The position numbers and the translations under genes were made by a program. The notes below the pieces were generated by a model. It was not told the origin of the DNA. It saw only the letters and a list, made by a program, of their open reading frames with translations, and did no database searches. A stretch of 11,038 nt of DNA, taken from Microcystaceae cyanobacterium (lineage in GTDB: Bacteria; Cyanobacteriota; Cyanobacteriia; Cyanobacteriales; Microcystaceae). Below, one piece after another: positions 7,383-11,038 of the stretch (position 1 is its first letter; each line of letters starts with the position of its first letter). Where the stretch lies: assembly GCA_041746575.1 (NCBI GenBank), contig JBGTGT010000081.1:1-11038 (forward strand), written 5' to 3'.

Positions 7383-9416
7383 ATGGGTTCAAATCTTTCA
7401 GAAAACACCCGTAATGTGGCAATTGTCGGCCCCTATTCCAGTGGCAAAACCACCCTTCTTGAAAGTATTTTGTACGTCACAAAAGCAATTACCCGAAAAG
7501 GTAAAGTAACCGAAGGCAATACCGTCAGTGATAGCTCTCCTGAAGCACGAGATCGTCAAATGAGCGTGGAAGTTTCTGCGGCAAGCACCATTCATGACGA
7601 TATACAATTAACCTTCCTCGATTGCCCCGGTTCGGTAGAATTTGCCCAAGAAACCTATAATGCGCTGGTTGGTGCTGGTGCGGCCGTGATTGTCTGTGAA
7701 CCCGTAATTGAGCGTGTGTTAACCCTTGCGCCGCTTTTCAAATTCTTAGACGATTGGGAAATTCCTCATTTGGTTTTTATTAATAAAATGGATCGAGCGA
7801 ATGAACAATTTATGGATGTTCTCCATGCCTTAAAAACCGTTTCGAGTCGTCCCCTTTTGCCCCAACAATATCCGATTCGTCAAGGATTAGACTTAGTGGG
7901 TTATATTGATCTAATTACAGAAGAAGCCTTTCATTATCACCCCAATAGTCCCGCCGATGCTGTTCCCTTTCCCAATGAGCTTAAATCTGAAGAACAAGCC
8001 GCACGGGATGAAATGTTAGAAACCCTTGCCGATTTTGATGATCATCTCCTCGAAGAACTCCTTGAAGAAATTGAACCCCCAAAAGAAGAAATTTTACAAG
8101 ATTTGAAAAAAGAACTGAGTGCTGACCAAATTGTTCCCGTTTTCTTTGGTATTGCCGAACAAGACTACGGCATTCGTCCCCTAATCGATGCGTTAGTCCA
8201 AGAAGCTCCCGCACCTAGTATCACCGCAGAACGGCGCGGCCTTAAATCCGACGGAGAGGATGCGATCGTGCAAGTGCTGAAGACTTACTATACTCAGCAA
8301 GGCGGCAAGCTTTCTTTAGTACGAGTCTGGCAAGGGGAATTAACTGATGGAATTTCCCTTAATGGCATTCGAGCCGGAGGAATTTATCGCATGATGGGAC
8401 AACAACAAAAGTCCTTAACGCAGGTATCCCTTGGGGCAATTGTGGCCATTAGTCGTTTAGAAGGGGTAGCCACAGGAGAGACCTTAAGCAGTAGCAACAA
8501 AGACGTGAAACCCTTACCGAAAGCCGAAACCCTGAAACCTTTGTATGCGTTGGCAGTTACCCCTGAAAATCGCAAAGATGAAGTCAAACTCAGCGGTGCA
8601 ATGAGCAAACTGATCGAAGAAGATCCCTCACTGCACTGGGAACAGCATGGCGATACAAAAGAGGTAATTTTGTGGGGACAAGGAGAAATTCACCTCAAAG
8701 TTGCCTTAGAACGCTTACGTCGCAGTTATAATTTACCGATGACCACCCATTTACCCGGCATTCCCTACAAAGAAACCATTCGCCAGAGTATCAAGTCCCA
8801 CGGTCGTTATAAACACCAATCTGGCGGTCACGGGGCATTTGGGGATGTTTATTTAGATATTAAACCCTTACCACGCGGAGAAGGCTTCCATTTTCATGAC
8901 ACAATCGTCGGGGGGGTTGTGCCGAAACAGTATATTCCGGGGGTGGAAACAGGCGTACGAGAGTATCTGGTGCAAGGGCCGCTTGGTTTCCCTGTTGTCG
9001 ATCTAGATGTTACCCTTGTAGATGGTTCTTATCATAGCGTAGATAGCTCAGAACAAGCGTTTAAACAGGCTGCACGCATTGCCATGACGGAAGGAATAGC
9101 CAAGTGTGAACCCGTCCTATTAGAACCGATTCTTTTGGTGAATGTGGCCGCTCCCACCGAATATACTTCACGGGTATTACAATTGGTGACGGGACGAAGA
9201 GGACAAATTTTAGGTTATGATGCCGCCTCAGATTGGAAAGGATGGGATCAAGTCACCGTATATCTACCGCAAGCAGAAATGCAGGATTTTATTATCGAAT
9301 TGCGATCGCTAACCATGGGGGTTGGCACGTTTGACTGGCAATATGATCATTTACAGGAAGTCCCTGATAAGTTAACCCAACAGGTGTTGAGTCGTAACGG
9401 AAATGGCGATAGTTAG
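7383..9416 (+). CDS. Elongation factor G paralog (EF-G2-like, 677 aa)
   Basis: EF-G layout: G1 GPYSSGKT (7428-7451), G2 RQMSV, G3 DCPGS (7620-7634), G4 NKMD, EEDPSL, GQGEIHL, PYKETI, HQSGGHGAFG, GGVVPKQYIP, DGSYHSVDSS, LLEPI. Start placed at ATG 7383 (GAGG at 7369-7372) rather than 7305. Confidence 0.93.
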   Translation: MGSNLSENTRNVAIVGPYSSGKTTLLESILYVTKAITRKGKVTEGNTVSDSSPEARDRQMSVEVSAASTIHDDIQLTFLDCPGSVEFAQETYNALVGAGAAVIVCEPVIERVLTLAPLFKFLDDWEIPHLVFINKMDRANEQFMDVLHALKTVSSRPLLPQQYPIRQGLDLVGYIDLITEEAFHYHPNSPADAVPFPNELKSEEQAARDEMLETLADFDDHLLEELLEEIEPPKEEILQDLKKELSADQIVPVFFGIAEQDYGIRPLIDALVQEAPAPSITAERRGLKSDGEDAIVQVLKTYYTQQGGKLSLVRVWQGELTDGISLNGIRAGGIYRMMGQQQKSLTQVSLGAIVAISRLEGVATGETLSSSNKDVKPLPKAETLKPLYALAVTPENRKDEVKLSGAMSKLIEEDPSLHWEQHGDTKEVILWGQGEIHLKVALERLRRSYNLPMTTHLPGIPYKETIRQSIKSHGRYKHQSGGHGAFGDVYLDIKPLPRGEGFHFHDTIVGGVVPKQYIPGVETGVREYLVQGPLGFPVVDLDVTLVDGSYHSVDSSEQAFKQAARIAMTEGIAKCEPVLLEPILLVNVAAPTEYTSRVLQLVTGRRGQILGYDAASDWKGWDQVTVYLPQAEMQDFIIELRSLTMGVGTFDWQYDHLQEVPDKLTQQVLSRNGNGDS

Positions 9417-9431
9417 CCTTATTGTCATTTT

Positions 9432-9471
9432 AAATTCGCCTATCGTATTCAATTATGGTGGGCAATTTTTT
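9432..9471 (+). terminator. Intrinsic terminator-like hairpin after the EF-G paralog
   Basis: GCCTATCGTA (9438-9447) pairs with TATGGTGGGC (9454-9463) including three G-U pairs. Outer AAATT/AATTT arms and a T6 run at 9466-9471. Confidence 0.65.
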
Positions 9472-9518
9472 ATGATTCTGATTGACGAAAATTGAGGAAT
9501 ATTTAATCGGTTTGAGAT

Positions 9519-9538
9519 AGGAAAATAATTATTTTTCT
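9519..9538. promoter_or_regulatory. AT-rich palindrome, candidate operator
   Basis: AGGAAAATAATTATTTTTCT: 20-bp palindrome with one mismatched pair. Confidence 0.35.
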
Positions 9539-9570
9539 CTTACCTAATTCTGTCCTTTGATTAGGATAAT

Positions 9571-9600
9571 TTGTAAACTGAATTTAAGATCAGTTATAAT
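9571..9600 (+). promoter_or_regulatory. Candidate sigma70-type promoter for DUF2288/AEC transporter
   Basis: TTGTAA (9571-9576), 18-bp spacer, TATAAT (9595-9600); 28 nt upstream of ATG 9629. Confidence 0.55.
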
Positions 9601-9628
9601 ACAAATTCCGTGATTAATTATTTTAACA

Positions 9629-9916
9629 ATGCAAGACCTTAAAACCAGACTTGCCCAAGATTTAGCTGATAGCCTATGGAGTGATTTGCAACCCCATGCC
9701 AAACGAGACGCCATTATTGTCGTCGATGCTTCCCTTGATATGGTGGAAGTTGGTCTTGCCTTAGCCCAAGATAATGTTACCTCCGTTCAGCATTGGATTG
9801 ATGAGCAACTCATCCAAAAACCCACCCCTCAACAATTGCATGACTGGAATTGTCAACCAGAATTACAATTCCATACCCTAATTGTGCAACCGTTTGTGTT
9901 GATTAAAGGAAATTAG
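9629..9916 (+). CDS. DUF2288 family protein
   Basis: 95 aa with W.DL.PHAKRDAIIVVD.SLD..EVG.ALA.DN...VQ.WI and C-terminal LIVQPFVLI, matching DUF2288 as recalled. Confidence 0.85.
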   Translation: MQDLKTRLAQDLADSLWSDLQPHAKRDAIIVVDASLDMVEVGLALAQDNVTSVQHWIDEQLIQKPTPQQLHDWNCQPELQFHTLIVQPFVLIKGN

Positions 9917-9940
9917 TTTTCTAGACAAATATTTCAAGGC

Positions 9941-10828
9941 ATGATCTCCCTTTTTTCAGCCGTCGCCCCTGTTGCACTAATTATTTTAATAGGTTACCTT
10001 GCGGGGAAAACCTTTGACTGGGAACGTCAAACCCTCGCCCAATTAAGTGTTTATATACTCGCTCCTGCTCTCGTAGCTGATAGTCTTTATCATACAACTC
10101 TCTCTCTTAGCAGTACCTTAGGCTTGCTAGGGGGATTTACCTTGTTTACCTTTATCTTTGCGGGAATCGGTGTGCTAATTAGCCGATTTTTAGGGTTATC
10201 TGCTCCTGTTCAGAAAAGTTTGATGGCCACCACCTTACTGCCGAATAATGGCAATATGGGGTTACCCGTTGTTGCCTTTGCGTTAGGGGATGAAGGGTTA
10301 GAACGGGCGGTTGTGTGCATGATTGGTTCAAGTATCCTACTATTTGGTTTAATGCCTGCTATTTTGCAAGGAAATGGCTTAATATATGGTATTCGTTTAA
10401 CGTTGCGTCTGCCGTTAATTTGGGCAATGTTAGGGGGATTAGGCTTAAAATTGTTGGCCGTTGAACTTCCTTTAGGTCTCGATAAAGGTCTCACAGAATT
10501 AGGACGGGCGGCTATCCCAACGGCTTTAATTTTATTAGGCTTAGAGTTAGCAAGTACCCAATTTAAGCTGGGGCGATTTGAAGTGTTAGCGTCGAGTTTG
10601 CGCTTAGGATTGTCCCCTTTTATTGCGTTAGCGGCGGGGTATTTATTACAATTAAAAGGACTCGATTTGCAGGTTTTAATTCTACAATGTGCCATGCCAA
10701 CGGCTATTAATTCACTCATTTTAGTGACGGAATTTGGCGGCGATGCGACTAAGGTTGCCCGTACTATTGTGGTGACAACTTTATTGAGTTTTTTGACCCT
10801 TCCTTTAGTCATTTGGGCTTTTTCTTAG
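9941..10828 (+). CDS. AEC (auxin efflux carrier / Mem_trans) family transporter
   Basis: Highly hydrophobic 295 aa; Y...PALV, NNGNMGLP, AAIP.ALILLG, AMPTA.NS motifs; starts 24 nt after DUF2288, probably co-transcribed. Confidence 0.92.
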   Translation: MISLFSAVAPVALIILIGYLAGKTFDWERQTLAQLSVYILAPALVADSLYHTTLSLSSTLGLLGGFTLFTFIFAGIGVLISRFLGLSAPVQKSLMATTLLPNNGNMGLPVVAFALGDEGLERAVVCMIGSSILLFGLMPAILQGNGLIYGIRLTLRLPLIWAMLGGLGLKLLAVELPLGLDKGLTELGRAAIPTALILLGLELASTQFKLGRFEVLASSLRLGLSPFIALAAGYLLQLKGLDLQVLILQCAMPTAINSLILVTEFGGDATKVARTIVVTTLLSFLTLPLVIWAFS

Positions 10829-10900
10829 GTAGATATTCCCGTCAATTAAGAAATTAATAAGTAGAACTAATTACGGTTTAGAAGATGCGAATAGCGCAAA

Positions 10901-11038
10901 TAAGTAGGTGGGCAAAAATAGTTGTAAAATAGCGTAGTGGAGTATAAGGAGGAAGATTTAGATTTTGCCAGCCCCCTTAAAAGTGCATTTGAGTGAAACT
11001 GAAGATAGAGAACTGCTCGAATTCCAGAAAATTGAGGG
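10901..11038 (+). mobile_element. Left end of an IS630-like insertion sequence, continuing beyond the window
   Basis: TA (10901-10902) followed by AGTAGGTGGGCAAAAATA, resembling termini of cyanobacterial TA-targeting elements, then an RBS and a transposase-like N-terminus. The right end is not visible. Confidence 0.65.
10965..11038 (+). CDS. 5' end of a helix-turn-helix / IS630-type transposase ORF, truncated by the window edge
   Basis: AAGGAGG at 10946-10952 and TTG at 10965 give MPAPLKVHLSETEDRELLEFQKIEG..., matching the MPAPL.I.L..EEDR.L.E start I recall for cyanobacterial IS630-type HTH proteins. Confidence 0.7.
   Translation, partial: MPAPLKVHLSETEDRELLEFQKIE

Noticed and set aside
7398..8608. 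Three - strand ORFs (69, 77 and 74 aa)
   Set aside because: Antisense to the EF-G paralog.
8910..8916. G7 homopolymer as a phase-variation tract
   Set aside because: Encodes the conserved GGV motif in frame and is too short to be convincing.
10210..10812. 200-aa - strand ORF
   Set aside because: Antisense mirror of the hydrophobic AEC transporter codons.

Overview
Cyanobacterial chromosomal window, judged from three perfect HIP1 octamers (GCGATCGC), a cyanobacterial-type TrpC and a PEP-CTERM-like protein. Intact genes: PEP-CTERM-like surface protein (-), ileS (+), larB/cpmA (-), trpC (+), a divergent EF-G paralog whose switch II His is replaced by Ser (+), DUF2288 (+) and an AEC-family transporter (+). 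Manual translation of the intergenic DNA shows coding relics that the ORF track misses or shows only in part. (1) Positions 1-720 hold toxin-antitoxin debris: a HicA-like 3' stub, a frameshifted and nonsense-interrupted DUF2442 antitoxin, and a DUF4160-like C-terminal tail overlapped by the end of the PEP-CTERM gene. (2) A 145-codon DUF3291-like pseudogene with two internal stops lies at 6767-7204. (3) The left end of an IS630-like element sits at the right edge, and its terminus can pair over its own start codon. I see no evidence for a complete new multi-gene system. Family assignments come from recalled motifs, not database searches.
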